A stretch of DNA of 64,000 nucleotides. Origin: Camelus ferus (taxonomy: Eukaryota). The DNA is taken from positions 43,092,001-43,156,000 of the forward strand of contig NC_045697.1 of assembly GCF_009834535.1 (NCBI RefSeq), in the 5' to 3' direction. The notes below the pieces were generated by a model. It was given only the letters and a program-made list of their open reading frames with translations. It had not been told where the DNA came from and made no database searches. Below, one piece after another: positions 1-12,590 of this stretch (position 1 is its first letter; each line of letters opens with the position of its first letter). Both the position numbers and the translations under genes were made by a program.

Positions 1-359
1 TTTTAAAGTTAAGGCTTAACTGAGATCAGAACAAAGAAGGCATGGGAGCTGTGAGCGAGAATTGTGGTTGTGGAAGAAATCACAGCACGGAGGAAATTTA
101 TGTGACTTGTTAGCCTCAGTGACATGTGGCAGTTGTCTGTGGGGGTGAGTCTGGGTATAAGATGGCAACATAGGGGTTCAGGTGGGGAGCTGTGAAAGGA
201 CATGAGATGGTAAACAGGGGTGCACAAAAAAGGAGGTAGATGGAACACGAAGACAGACTCCATCCATTCTGCTGTTTTTCCAATGGCCAACTCTGCTCGC
301 CCTGAACAGAGAGAGTGGTAGTCGGGGGGAGGTTGAAATTTTCTCTGAAGGCCATTTTA
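1..359 (-). pseudogene. Fossil collagen exon (runs off window edge)
   Basis: Acceptor ttacatag at 360-361; Pro-rich decayed frame (ORF 116..355); Gly register weak. Confidence 0.45.
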
Positions 360-849
360 CTATGTAATTCTCATTCTGTCACACAGATCGCCTTACATAG
401 CTGTATACTAATTTTTCCCCATAGCCTACTCATATATCGTTATTCAATGAAGTAATAATGTTAAAAGCAAGACAATCTATAATGCACTTTCAATAAAACT
501 CTGAAAAACAGTCATTGATCCTTCCTTAAGTCGGCTACCTACCCCCAGCTGCCTTATTGCTCACATTGTAGAGGCGGTTAAATGACCAAAGATACTTAAT
601 ATGTAAGTTATGAAACATTTCCACTTCCTTATTTACCACTTAATGGTCATTAAAAGAGTAGGAACATCATCCTTTTTCAGGGGATGTAAGATGGATCCTG
701 GCTTGAATAGAGTACTCACTTATCAATAATCAATTACTCAGTTAACCATTAAAGATAATAATCATTTCCACCACACTTACAATAAAATGCTACGAACGTC
801 AATGAATCATTATTTTACCCTAGGGCAGACCTTAAATCAATTTCTTACT

Positions 850-1148
850 ACCATTCACTTTACTTCTGCAGTTGTGGTGGACATTCAGAGGGCCGGGACA
901 TAAGAAAATCCTCAAACGGCTGAATGGTTGGGAGAGGGGAAGCCTGGGAGGTGTAATCTGTGGGATCTCTGTGGATTTTATCCAGGATAACATCCAAGTG
1001 GTTCTGATCCACAGGATTTTGCCTTACTCTTCAGGTTCATTCCCATTGCCCACAGGAGTCTTGATTGGGGATTTCCAATTTCAACTTGTTCAAATCCCAC
1101 GAGTTGCTTTCATGCTTATTCACCAGATTGAGTCTAATATGATGTTGC
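850..1148 (-). pseudogene. Fossil collagen exon
   Basis: Acceptor atttaag|GC; reads (G)PV GNG (G)EP (G)E* GKI ... (G)IK, (G)IP, PP(G)LP, GPL; 3' end approximate. Confidence 0.65.
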
Positions 1149-1209
1149 CTTAAATACACAAAGTGGCAGTGGGGATGATGGTGTAATCATGGGGTGGAGG
1201 TGTAATATC

Positions 1210-1775
1210 ACTCTTCAGAGGCTTCCCATTGCTCTTAAACTAAAGCAAAAGCTCCTTAAGAAGACTGATGGGGCCCTGAACAGTCTTGTCACTGCGTATC
1301 TCTCTTGCTTCATCACACACGCCACATTCTGTTCCTCTCTTGTCCTCAGTGAACCTGGCCTTCTTTCAGTTCCTTGTATTCCACGTGATCTCCCCTGCCA
1401 CAGGGCATTTGCATGTACTCTTCCTTCAGCCTATGAGGCCACCTGCTCCCTGCTCCCACTTTCACCCACTTAGCCTCTACTCTGCCTTCAGTTTTAAGTT
1501 CAAGTTTTGCTTTCCCAGGGAAGCCTTCTGTGATCTGCCTTAGAATACCATTGGTGCTCTTAGAATACCATTTCCTTCTCCTTCATAGCGCTTTCCCACT
1601 TCCAGTTTTACATGTGATCGAGCAGCTGTTTGACAGATGTAGTCTCGGTCTTTCCCAACAAACTGTGAGCTCAGTTCGGGCAGAGTGGCATCTAGTTGTG
1701 CTCACCACTGTATCCCAAGGGTCAGGATGTGCCTGGTTCATAGTGGGCTTTCAATAAATATCTGTTAAACTAATC
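1210..1775 (+). mobile_element. LINE-2 3' fragment
   Basis: Typical L2 3' motifs ending tcaataaatatctgttaa. Confidence 0.75.
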
Positions 1776-1809
1776 ACAAGCTGATTAAGAAAAGACCCAG
1801 GAAGCAAAC

Positions 1810-2322
1810 CATTAAAATCAGTGTAGGAGACCTCATCAGCTGCTGTTAGGAGTGCTTCCTGGTTCCTATGGCGTGGTAATGACATCGTATGTTCATTTAA
1901 GGTTATGAAGTTTCAGTGATACAATTATTTCCTAGCTGACTTATTATTTTCATAACAAGACTCCGGCTTCTCCTGTCTTGGTTCTATTTCCTTTCAGGGA
2001 TCTGTGTTGGTCTCTGTTGTCACCCACAATTTTCTGGCACTTTCTCCTCTATTGATGGAAACAGTTTCCTTGGGGCTTCTGACTGTCCCACAAGCCTGTG
2101 CCTTCTGAGATCCTCATGAATACCCCTGGGCCATAGATCCCCTCCACGCAATAATCTCTGATCTGAACGAAGATGTGGGCCTTCAATCAAGTCTACCAGT
2201 GACTGAGGCATTTCACAGAACTACTTGAATATGGAGAGGGAATGGTAATGCGATTATCTCGAATCTGGTCATTTGAGGAGATGGATCTATTTTCAATACC
2301 AGTTTTTATTCCATTCGAGCCC
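1810..2322 (-). pseudogene. Fossil collagen exon
   Basis: Acceptor aaatcag, donor G|gtttgc. At 2062-2133, eight consecutive triplets start TGG, GGT, GAG, AGA, AGG, GGA, GAA, AGG: (G)PR GIH (G)DL (G)RH (G)LV GQS (G)AP (G)KL. Confidence 0.85.
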
Positions 2323-2444
2323 CTGATTTAATTTGGAATTATTAATAACCTGCCTGGTCCAACTGACTGAGAAAAGGGCAACTTAGAGTTGAAGGCAGCT
2401 CAGGGTATATTGAAAGCTTGTCTGGGTAAAACATATACGCATAC

Positions 2445-2478
2445 ACTTTTGATAGTCCTGTGGCATTTTCACGTGAGC
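2445..2478 (-). pseudogene. Small fossil exon (34 nt)
   Basis: ttatcag|GC TCA CGT GAA AAT GCC ACA GGA CTA ...|gtatgc; split Gly codon, G-S-R-(G)-N-A. Confidence 0.55.
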
Positions 2479-2790
2479 CTGATAATTAGAACTTTTTTTT
2501 TAAGGGAAGATAATAGTGGAAATAAATAGCCTGTGGTGCACAGAGAAATAACTGCAAGAGAAAGTGTAAGGGAGAAAGAACACAGGAAGATTTCCACTGT
2601 AGATTCTGAGGTGGCCCAAGTGGTGTGGCATGGATTTGACTCAGTCTTTCATAATGACAGGAAATGAGGTGATCAGGTACGCAGAGCATATGGGGCAGAA
2701 AACCACTAGGGTAATTTCTTAGCAATGAAAGCAAGGAAGAGTAGAGTCAATATTCTGGGCAACCATAGACAGTAGATGCTCATTGTTTAC

Positions 2791-2838
2791 TGTGAACTGT
2801 TGAGTTTGCTACTTCATCAATTCAGGCCATCTTCATGT
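2791..2838 (-). pseudogene. Small fossil exon (48 nt)
   Basis: caatag|AC ATG AAG ... CAC A|gtaaac; phase 1-1, one stop. Confidence 0.4.
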
Positions 2839-2879
2839 CTATTGAGTTGGGTTTAAATCTCAAAACCCTAATTAAGACT

Positions 2880-3370
2880 CATTAATTAATAACGTATTTA
2901 TAGAAAATCTCATGTGTGCTCCAGGCATCATTCTAGGTCACCAAGGCAGGCAAGTGACACGGGACAGCCACCATGCAAACAAAGAATGAAAGCTCACATT
3001 TGTTACGTTCACTCTGTGCCTGCCTCGAATCTAGGACTTTATCCCGTCTATTAACCAGTGTGATTCTCCTCAAATCCCGTGATGTAATGAAATTATTATC
3101 CCAATTTTTGGAAGAGGAAAGTGAGGCAGAGAGCCTTGCTTATTTATAGCTGTTAGGTTGGAGGACCAGGATTCTTATCCAGGCAACCTGACTCCGTCTC
3201 TGCGTTCATGACGTCTGCACTAATCTCACCATCTAACAAATAAACAGGAACTGTGTCAAATGATGATACCCTCTCTGCAGAGAACTAAAATCAGATGGCG
3301 TGACAGAGAGTGGGTTGCGTGGTCAAGGAAGGCCCCTGATGGGCGACGTGAAAATTGAGCTCTGAATAAC
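2880..3370. mobile_element. L2 fragment with nested MIR (~2990-3225)
   Basis: MIR core attatcccaattttt...gaggaaagtgaggcagagag flanked by L2-like sequence. Confidence 0.65.
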
Positions 3371-3489
3371 AAGATGCCGCTTAAGCATTCCAGGTTCTTT
3401 ATCGTCTCCCTGATGAGCAGTAATTCTTCAAGATTGTTTTAAGACACAAATGAGAAAAAAAGCAATGATGTTTTAAGATGTATTCTTAC

Positions 3490-3960
3490 CTCTGTTTACC
3501 TAGAGATGAACAAAGAAGATGTGAAGGAGGTGGGGGAGCCTTTCAACCACTTTTCCAGCTCTTGGCTTCCTCAGCCGTGTTGCCATCCAGCCAGGCCCAC
3601 ACATGACAGTCTGAGCAGCTGTCCTAGGTTTGCAGGTGGACTTGCTAGTAGGCGTCCCTCACAGAATCCCCAGGAGGAGAGCCAGTGAAGCTACTCCCAT
3701 TGGGTGGCTTCCTGAATGTCCTTGTTCCCTCAGTTGTGTATATGATTTCTGAGGTCCTAGCTTCAAACCTGAACCAGTTTGGGGTCCACCCTGCAGAAAA
3801 GAGGTGGGATGGAGTCACTTCCTCATTGGTGTGTGGAGACTCCCTTCTCATCTGTCTGCACAGCTCCCTTGGGTTCCTGCATGGACACTTGGTCTTCGAG
3901 TGTCAGATACATTTTCTCTGGGTGCAATTTTAGGCCTCAATTTATGCTGAACATTTCTAG
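3490..3960 (-). pseudogene. Fossil collagen exon
   Basis: (G)PK GAV, EQ GHS GSH, (G)FT GSP P GDS, (G)PP (G)NL GQL, LK GSP, SL GKQ; strong donor AG|gtaaga at 3489; 5' end approximate. Confidence 0.8.
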
Positions 3961-4119
3961 CTAAGACTATCTCTGCCACTAATTTAGGCCGTTTATTGAG
4001 GTAAATTTCATGTATATATGAAATATGTAAAATATATATATATATAGTGAGAGTATGTTCTCACTACTATAAATATCTTAATGATTATGATTTTCATAAA
4101 GAACAATACTTAAAAATAT

Positions 4120-4284
4120 TGTCACGTCATTTCTGAATCTGAAGGGGAGTTAGAGTTGGGAAGACGAGGGGCAAGGATTCTAATGAATCCTTAAGGATTG
4201 TCTACTAAACCCTTTTCTCCATATGTTTATAGTTTAGTTCAGTGAATACAGAGTCCAGTGAATATTACTCTCTAAAGAAAACTC
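4120..4284 (-). pseudogene. Fossil collagen exon
   Basis: catttacag|GA; reads GEK GLV (G)NP * GFI (G)IL (G)PR. Confidence 0.7.
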
Positions 4285-4456
4285 CTGTAAATGAGAAGGT
4301 TCATTACTCCCATGCATTCAGCTGCCATTTGGAAAACAAGCTCTGATTATAAGCACTGGATAATCAGTGTGATAATGCGTGAGGACTGATGTTGGAAATG
4401 AATCACAACTTAGAATTCTGTCAGTCAGGAAAAATCACATTAACATTTCATTATAC

Positions 4457-4539
4457 ATCAGACATGATAAAATTCTCTGTGACTTCAGCAGATATGACTG
4501 AAAGACCGTTTCTTCCATGAGGTCTTGGTGATACGATGT
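4457..4539 (-). pseudogene. Fossil collagen exon (~83 nt)
   Basis: tttttccacag|AC; GTA TCA CCA AGA CCT CAT GGA AGA AAC GGT CTT TCA GTC ATA TCT GCT GAA GTC = (G)SP (G)PH GRN GLS (G)IS (G)EV; donor weak. Confidence 0.75.
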
Positions 4540-5251
4540 CTGTGGAAAAATCTCCAAAAAGTTCCCTGTTGGGACTGTAATCTTATCTCATTCCATCTAG
4601 TCCCAAGGGCTTTCATTCTTTTTAACCCATAAATTTAAAATTAAAACGTGTATGATTCAGCTTATTATAATGTCTTGCTCTGGGAGAATTAATATAATTT
4701 CTTTCTGCCTCCTTCTGGCATTATATTTAATGTTAAGAAATCTTAAATAGTTTCCTATTGTGTATACATAAAAACTCTTTAATATACTGAATTACACACT
4801 CATTTTAAATATCAAACAGTTGTAGAATTAATCCCAAACCTATTTTACATGGTAATAGACCACATGCTTTTAATCACTGCATCTCTTTTAATCAGTGCAT
4901 AGGCTCCATGAATAATTATATATTGTAGCTACACAGGAGAAATATATAGTATTTTCAATTTACTGGTTGTCTAGGATACCTGTTTGACTTAATTATTAAT
5001 AAAATATTGCAATGAAATTTAACATCTTTAGATACATTTAACCAGTATACTTATTCAAAAAGACTGGATCCTCTTTGAATCTTTCTTTTATTTAATAATA
5101 AAAATAGATGGCTTTTAGTGGCACCAAGTTGTTTAAATGCTGTCTTAAATAGTTTCTGAAATATACGTAAACAGTTTCTGCTTAATAACTAATTAGTTCA
5201 TGCCGAGGACGCTTTATGCTAATTCAATTAAGCAATCATCTCCCAACTTAC

Positions 5252-5328
5252 ATATGTAGATCTATAATTCAAAATTGGATGGGGGGAGCAACTTGACATC
5301 ATCCAGCTATGTTGAAGACATGCATAGC
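5252..5328 (-). pseudogene. Small fossil exon (77 nt)
   Basis: ctgtag|GC TAT GCA TGT CTT CAA = GYA (G)LQ; donor gtaagt. Confidence 0.55.
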
Positions 5329-5369
5329 CTACAGCTTCACAAATTCATTTCCAGATTTATAGCCTAGAG

Positions 5370-6765
5370 AAGCAATCTACAAACTTTCCAGTCTCAGAAG
5401 CCCCTTACACTCTTAAAAATTATTGAGAACCCAAAATAGCTCTTGCTTATGTGAGTTACATCTACCATATTAGAATTTAAAGCTGAGGATTTAAAAGACA
5501 GATTAATTAATTAATTTAGAAACAAATCTATTACATAGTAATATAAATAACATTTTAAAATAACTGTGTTTGCTAGAACCCAAACACAGAAGAATAGAGT
5601 GACATTTCTAAAAATTTATTTACGCATTTCTTTCTGATATGGCGTAATGGAAGATAGCTGGATTCTCAGGTCCCCTTCTGCATTAAGTCTGCTGCAATAT
5701 GTTGTTTTGTTAATGCCTGTGAAGAAAATCTAGCTTCCCACAGATGTGTAGTTAGAGAAGAAAGTATTATTTTAATAGATGATAATTATGGATTTTTTTT
5801 GATGTCACATCAAAACTCAACATGCATTAATTTCTTAAAGATTAGTGGCAATGTGAAATTTGAAATCATATTAGTAAACATTTTGCACTTGATTGGATTC
5901 CAGTGCATTAGCCTGTCTCAGACCTTCAGGGCTTCTTTAATCCATACGTAATTTTATAACATCATGTACTAGTCATTTGGAAGATACTGGTTCCCTGAGT
6001 TACACAGATATTCCAAATATTAATACATTTATTATACAATAAGATTAAAGTCCCACAGATCTTATCAGAAAAGTCTTTAGCTATTGGGAAGCTCATGGTG
6101 GCAGATACAAATTCTCCAAAATGTTGAATTTCATTTGAAACTTCAAGTTTTAGTAGGGGCAACAAACACTGTTAGTTGTTTTCCTCAGAGTCACAAACTC
6201 AGTTTGTTCAAATATTCGAGTTGGCCAAATACCTGACTCCGAATTAGTCATTCTTTCAAGTGAAATGATGTTCCGTGGAAAGAGCGCAGGCCCGGTTCTC
6301 GTGTCAAACAATCACGGAAGTGCTTTTTGTTTAGATAAATATCCTACTTCATTTGCAGCAGAAATACTTCATGCTTCTTTACATTTCATCACACAGAATA
6401 TTGAAAAGATGTGTACTCAAGAGTTGAGATCTACTACATTAATAAATAAAATTAATAAGTGAAAAATAAAATTAATAAATTTATAAAATCAAAGTTTCAT
6501 CAAGACATTTTAAAAAGAAGCTGGCATTAAAAAAATCCTGCACTGCATGGTGTAAACGGTGTTGCGACAACTAGGGTTCCTTGTCACTGTCCTTGCCTTG
6601 ATCTAGGCACAGCTGTGTTACCCACCATTGCTTTTGTGCCTTCAGTACAAATGTCAACACTGTGACAAAGGCATTCATATCTTTGTGTTATCTCGAAAAT
6701 AATTTTGACCTCATGAACTCTTGGGGACTCCCAGAGGTCTGTGGATCACATTTTGAGAACTACTG
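5370..6765 (-). mobile_element. hAT-Charlie (Charlie1-like) DNA transposon
   Basis: Ends ...cacattttgagaactactg; 8-bp TSD gcctagag (5362-5369) / ccctagag (6766-6773), close to the NTCTAGAN target; ~1.4 kb. Confidence 0.85.
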
Positions 6766-7078
6766 CCCTAGAGAAACTCTTGTACGTGTATAAAAGGAGA
6801 TGTAAACATGATAGTCACTGCAGTGTTATGTAATAGCCAAGGAAAAGAGAAAATGATCAAAATATTCATTGACAGAAGAATGAATGAATCTATGCGAATG
6901 AATGAATGAAAATATATATATAACAGAGACAGAGAGAGGAGGGAGAGAGAATGTGGTACCATGTTAACAATTTGGTAATCTGGATGAAGGAATTTGGGAA
7001 TTCCTTCATGCAGTTCTTGCACATTTTCTATAAGTTTGAAGTATTGCACAGTAAAAAAGATATAAATTGAAAAATAAG
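6766..7078 (+). mobile_element. Old L1M 3' fragment (begins ~5340; host of the Charlie insertion)
   Basis: Decayed L1 3' UTR motifs ending ttttctataagtttgaagtatt...aaaa. Confidence 0.65.
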
Positions 7079-7109
7079 CCCAAACAATCTAGGGATGTGT
7101 ATCTCATAG

Positions 7110-7430
7110 CAACACAGGGAAGAGGGCCTGTTGCAGTTGGCAGATCTGCATCATTTGTGTGGTTCTCGGCATTAATGAACAGAGAATGAAGTATCTACAG
7201 CCGCGGAGGTACAATTCATAAGATTGAGCTTTGAAGGGCAAATATTAAAAAATTGCCATCTCAGATCCTGAGGATACACTTCAGCTCATATAGCCTAGAC
7301 ACATGGAGGTGGTCAGCCTAACAGGGACTTTTAGGGATGTCAGTGTGAATCAGCAGAGAGGACACAATCAAAATGATGGCAAAAGAAAAATGACAGTATG
7401 TAAAAATTTCACAGCCCAAAGGACTCCACA
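7110..7430 (-). pseudogene. Probable fossil collagen segment
   Basis: (G)IP .SP (G)*A (G)HL, GYM, GSE; boundaries unclear. Confidence 0.45.
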
Positions 7431-8593
7431 TTTGAGGAACAGATTCATTAAGTGAGACTAGGAGCCGTTCTGTGGCTATATGAATATGATATTTGCAGCC
7501 ATGACATGCAACTCTGCTTAGATTTAAATTTACTGTTTAGTGAATTGTTCATCATTTGTTTCTAGGTATGATTTCATTCTAGGTATCATTCTCAGTTTGA
7601 AACTTTTTGATACATTTATTCAGTTGTGTGCTAAAATATGCCCATCAAATATCACTATCTGGCCAACATGAACTCAACCAACATTTGTATTCAAGACCCT
7701 AGATCAAAAGAGTGGACAGGACCAAATAAACAACATCCATGACAGAATATTGCCTGGCTATGGCCTAGTTTCTCTGAGTGTATTTACTAGATATATTTCT
7801 GATGCCTGCTTTCCCCCACCCCTTCTCATGGAAGCAGCTCCCCCCTCCACCCAGCCTGTGGACTCAATACATGGAGTAGCAGAGGGGATAGTGGTTTGTA
7901 CCGTGTGATCTCTCCCATGTGGACTGGGGCTCGGCACCTGACCTCCCAATCTATAATTTCACAATCCGCAGGCAGTAAGCTGTGCTGATCAGATATAGAA
8001 ATCTCCCTCTCTCTGCACCAATTTGAACTGAACAGAAAAGATACTAAGATTCAAACCAAGCGGTGAATTTGGAGATGATGTAAGTGAGACAAAGCCCATA
8101 GTGTTTTATGTGTAAATCAAAGCTGTAAAGGAATGGAGACTATCAGAAGACAGAAGAACTCAGGTGGCAAAAAAAACAGAGAAGAATAGATTGGATGTGC
8201 AGAGAAAAACTGAGACATCATGAAATGGGGAGAAATTGTGTGGTCCTTGAAAAAGTCTCTAGGAAACAGCCTGTCTCCAGAGCTGTCCACATTACTGATG
8301 ATTTCTGAGCCTGCTCCAGTTTCAATTCCTTACTGTGTGGGTTTCTGTCTGTACAATCAGATAAGTCTAACGGTGTACCACTGGCCCCAAACAGACTATT
8401 GGGTTAAGTTGTGGTTTGAAATTTATATATAAACAACAGTGTATTACTTACATTCATATATTATTTAAAGAGCATATGTGCCTCTGATATTTGTATGTTT
8501 AAAATAGCAAAATCTTAAAAAAAAAAAAAACCCAGCTTTTAAAATAGAAATATAGAGTGAAGTGATGATTAGGAGAGATGTGGACCCTCTTAC

Positions 8594-8920
8594 TTTAAAA
8601 AGAGACACCAAAAAGGAAGTGGCTGTTTATCTAGTTTCTGGGAAAATAACTAAATCCTGGGTTTTGTTTGTTCAGCTGAATGATTAGAGCAGAGCTCGCT
8701 ACTGCAGTTGGACCAGGGACTGTCTTCTCAGTCCACTGTAGTCGCTCCACTCCAGATGCTGTCTTGAGCCTCGCAGGAGCTTTAGGCTGGAAAGAGCTTT
8801 CCCTTCTTTACAAACAAATTAAACCTGTATTTCAGGTAAAAATGCTCCCAGTAACACTACTGGCAACCATGTTTTACCTCTAGGCGTTTGAAAGTAGTAA
8901 CTTCAAACCTGAAATACAGT
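8594..8920 (-). pseudogene. Two fossil exons (8878-8920, 43 nt; 8594-8805, 212 nt) with a 72-nt intron
   Basis: ttttcttttcag|...TCA GGT TTG AAG...|gtaaaa; second exon GKA, AS GVE (G)LQ (G)TE, VP GPT (G)VA (G)SA; donor gtaaga. Confidence 0.7.
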
Positions 8921-9217
8921 CTGAAAAGAAAATTGATTTATACAGTGTCACGATTAGTAAGCAATTTCTGTAAATTTTTCTCCAACCCTCTCATCATTGC
9001 TTATACAACACAACAGTGAACACTTACATGCTAAACACATTCCCTCTTAACTGATTCAATCTTCCAACAACGCTCTGAGATAGATACTGCTGTTTCCCCT
9101 GCTTTACAGATGAACGGTAGCTTCCCAAGGCCAGAGTGCTTTCGGGGGTGAGACAGGGACTGAACCCAGGTAGCCGGACTTGCTGCTACCATCTCTACTA
9201 CACTGTACTTTATTTAC

Positions 9218-9660
9218 AGGTTTATTTGATCCATTCAGGTACTTTTTTTTTTTTGGCATTCACTTTTTTTAAATTGAAGTTTAGTCGATTTACAATGTGT
9301 TAATTTCTGGTGTACAGCCTAGTGCTTCAGTCATACACACACATATATATCCCTTTTAATATGCTTTTTCATTATAGGCTGTTACAAGATATTGAATATA
9401 GTTCCCTGTGCTATACATATAATAAGACCTTGTTTTTTATTTTATACATGGTAGTTAATATCTACAAGTTTGGAGCTCCCAATTTATCCTTCCCTTTCCC
9501 GCTTTAAGTTTGTTCTCTATGTCTGTGAGTCTGTCTCTGTTTTGTAAATATCAAGTATTTAACATTTTGATAGTTCATTTCCTCCTGTTCTTCCACATTC
9601 ACGTTGTTCTTAAATGTTGCTACCAAAGAATCTCCATTGTGGTGGTTACTTTGTAGACCC
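9218..9660 (-). pseudogene. Fossil exon interrupted by an L1 3' fragment
   Basis: ctgtttag|G GGT CTA CAA AGT AAC CAC CAC AAT GGA GAT TCT = GLQ (G)NH HN GDS; L1 at ~9243-9550; the frame may resume to donor gtaaat at 9217. Confidence 0.55.
9243..9550 (-). mobile_element. L1 3'-end fragment (cetartiodactyl-type)
   Basis: Poly(T) then aattgaagtttagtcgatttacaatg...tatagttccctgtgctatac; degenerate TSD tcaggtactt/tcaagtattt. Confidence 0.8.
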
Positions 9661-9790
9661 CTAAACAGGTAACTACTTAATAAATTATTCTCTCCTAATG
9701 AAACAAAATTAAGAATCAAGAAAAAAATTATAAATAGTTATTTTTTATTTGACAACTCTTCTGGATTTACAAGGAAAGGCCAAAATTTAC

Positions 9791-9937
9791 CTAACATCAG
9801 AAACATGAGATTTTTATGTTACAGACCCACGAGATAGCATCCAGTCCTTCATCCGGGAGTTGAGAGTCTTCCCCTCTCACCTGTGAACTCTTGCTACGTG
9901 TCTCCCAAGACCTCTTATCTCTTCTCAGTTTCCCACA
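9791..9937 (-). pseudogene. Fossil exon (147 nt)
   Basis: Strong acceptor tgttgctttgcag and donor AG|gtaaat; GKL (G)RD, GDT, FT GER GRL, LP (G)E GLD (G)IS across shifting frames. Confidence 0.7.
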
Positions 9938-10154
9938 CTGCAAAGCAACAATAATACTAGGATTTAACTACTACCCGTCTCCAAGATAAATTATATAGCT
10001 CCATGTCGAGGAACCTTTCTTTTTTTCGTATATGAGGCTCTGTGCAAAAATATTCATCAAGAGTTACTAACAATAATCTCTTGGCACATTTAAGAGAGAG
10101 TAACAAAATAACAATATTGTGATCCATTGAATGAATAGTAAGTTCCGGTCATTG

Positions 10155-10771
10155 TGTTAGAGCAGGCAGGTAGCTAGATATGAGCAGAGAAAGGGGGACA
10201 TGGGCCAAATGGCAGAAAACCATACATCTTGTAAACAGTGGGGGTCCTGGGACAGACCAAGAAAAACAGGAACCTCCGGACTGATAAGAAACCATACATT
10301 GTGGGTTGATGAGTGTCCTGGAGGCAAAGAAAGGTGGGATGAGACAGGAATCTCCACCATCCAAATGTAACCTTTTGCTTATTATGACCTCTGTCCGAAT
10401 GTAACCTTTTGCTTATGATACCTCTATCTGAATGTAACCTTTTGTTCATTATGACTTCACCCAACTTCCCAATCAAGACCAAATAAGGACAAAAAATTCC
10501 CTCCTCCCCATCTGGGAGGGTAGAGCTGGGATGAAGATCAGGAAAGACAAGCCCAAACCCATCCCTGCCAATGAATATTCTGCTCATTCATTTTTACGTC
10601 CATATAACCAGCTTGCTAAAGAAACTCAGGGCAGCTACCCAGTTGGGTCTGCCCGCTCTTTCCTTGAGAGTGTACCATCTATCCCTTAATAAATCCTTGC
10701 TTTGCTTTCTTGACCTCCATGTCTCGTTTCTGAATTCTTTCTGGGATGAGACAAGAACCTACTGGCTGACA
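10155..10771 (+). mobile_element. Solo LTR (ERV1-like, 617 bp) inserted in a MIR
   Basis: TG...CA ends; 4-bp TSD attg/actg; internal ~32-bp tandem repeat x3; TATA-like ~10601; AATAAA ~10688; MIR resumes at 10772. Confidence 0.85.
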
Positions 10772-10929
10772 ACTGTGCTAAGTGCTTTGACTACCTTATG
10801 TCATCGAATCTTTGCAACACCTCTGTAATGCAGGCATAGCTATCCTCATTTCACAGATAAGGAAACTGATGCTCTGTAAGTATCAATGTCAGGATTCCAA
10901 ATCCTGTGATCTTCATCATACAGACTATT

Positions 10930-12590
10930 ATTTCTTTCTCCCACTGTCCTTGGTTTTATGTTTTCATCTGGAATTGTTTTCCTTCAACCTAAAATGTTCC
11001 TTTAATATTTCTGATAGTTTAGGAGCAGTTAAAATTCTTGTAGTTCAAATTCTCTCCCACTTTTCTTTTGCTTATTGTTCAAAATGACTGGATTTTGCTT
11101 TCAGTTTTGTAGTGCATTCTGCTGGATATAGAATTCTTAGGTTGACAGCTTTCTTTTTTCTTTTTCAGAATGTTAATAATAGCCATGATCTTCTGGCTTG
11201 TGTTGTTCTTGAGCTGTCTGTGATCACTCTTACCTTTGTTTCCTTGCACAGAGTGTGGCTTGAACTTTATTTCTCTTTATTATTTTGTTATGAAGTTCTT
11301 CAGTGTGGCTTTCTTTGTGGTTATCCTGCTTAGAAGTCATTGAAATTTTGAATCCATGGGGGTTTGTTGCTTTCATCTAATTTGGGAAAAATTGCCTCTT
11401 ATTTCTTCAAAAATTTTTTCCCCTAATCATTTCCCCTCTCTCCTTCTGGGGCTCCAGCTGTATGTCTGGCTGCTTTACATCATCTCTGAGGTTCAGTCTC
11501 TTTTCCTGCTGAGCTTCAGTTTGGGTAATTTAAACTCCTCTGTCTACAAGTTCATTGACATTTTCTTCTCCTGTGCCTAATTTCTATTAATGTCACATCA
11601 TGCATTTTTATTATACAAAATAATTTCTCATTTCATGTGTAGAAATTTCTCTCCTCATCGTGTTCAAGTGTTCCTTGGATCATATTTATTTATCATATCT
11701 GCTAAATTTTCTTTGTCTCTGATTCCATCCACTTCTGGTTTCATGTTAATTGACTGACATTTCTCCCAGTTTTAGATTCCATGTTCCTGCTTCTGAATCC
11801 GTGTCTAGTAATTTTGGACTGAGGGTTGAAGAGCATGGATTTGACATTGTTGAGTGTCTGGTTTTATTATCTTCTTTTAAAGGGTACTGGGCTTCACTCT
11901 GGTGGGCAGTTAAGTCACTTGCTGTTCTGTTTGGTCCTTTTGATGGTTGTTTGAAGTTTTGATAGGGCAGATCTAGGGTAGCTTATGCCGTGGGGCTGGT
12001 TTGGTCCTGCTACTAAGGTGTGGCGCTTCTGGGTATGTACTGAACGCCCTGGATGTTCAGTGAGGGCGTTCCATTCTGGCTTGTCAGAACCGTGTCGCCT
12101 CCCAGGTCTGAATGAGCTCTGGCAATTGTCTGGCTGCTGACAGCACCTGGTAGTTGTCCATCTGACTTCACGGGGTTTCATCCTGCACACGTATCACTTA
12201 ATGTTCAGCACCATCCTTCAGAGGACGCTTATATGCATTTCTAAAACTTTTTTCCTGAATAGATCCCTCTTTTCTAGTGCTCTGCCCCACAAATGCTAGC
12301 TGCCTCAGCCTCCTGGAACTCGAGGGTCTGTCTTTTCAACTCAAAGAGGTCATGACGGTCTTCTCATCTTCCTCCGCCCAAAAAGTGCCTTCGGGAGGAA
12401 GTCCAGGGTAATGGCAGGACTCGGTCGATTTACTCCCTTCTTCTCAAGATCACAGTCAGATGCTGACAGTTGTCAATACCTAAAACATATATTTTATCTT
12501 GTTCATGTATGCTGTCATATTCTATCATTGTTTATAACAGGAGGGAAAATTCAGTCCTAGTTACTCCAACATGATCAGAGGGTTCTTTTT
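10930..12590 (-). mobile_element. Ancient L1M fragments
   Basis: T-rich decayed L1 sequence (gctggatatagaattcttaggttgacag; ttgggaaaaattgcc). Confidence 0.7.

Noticed and set aside
3490..3499. 10-nt micro-exon (ag|GTAAACAGAG|gtaag)
   Set aside because: Better explained as the 3' end (SL GKQ) of the larger collagen exon.
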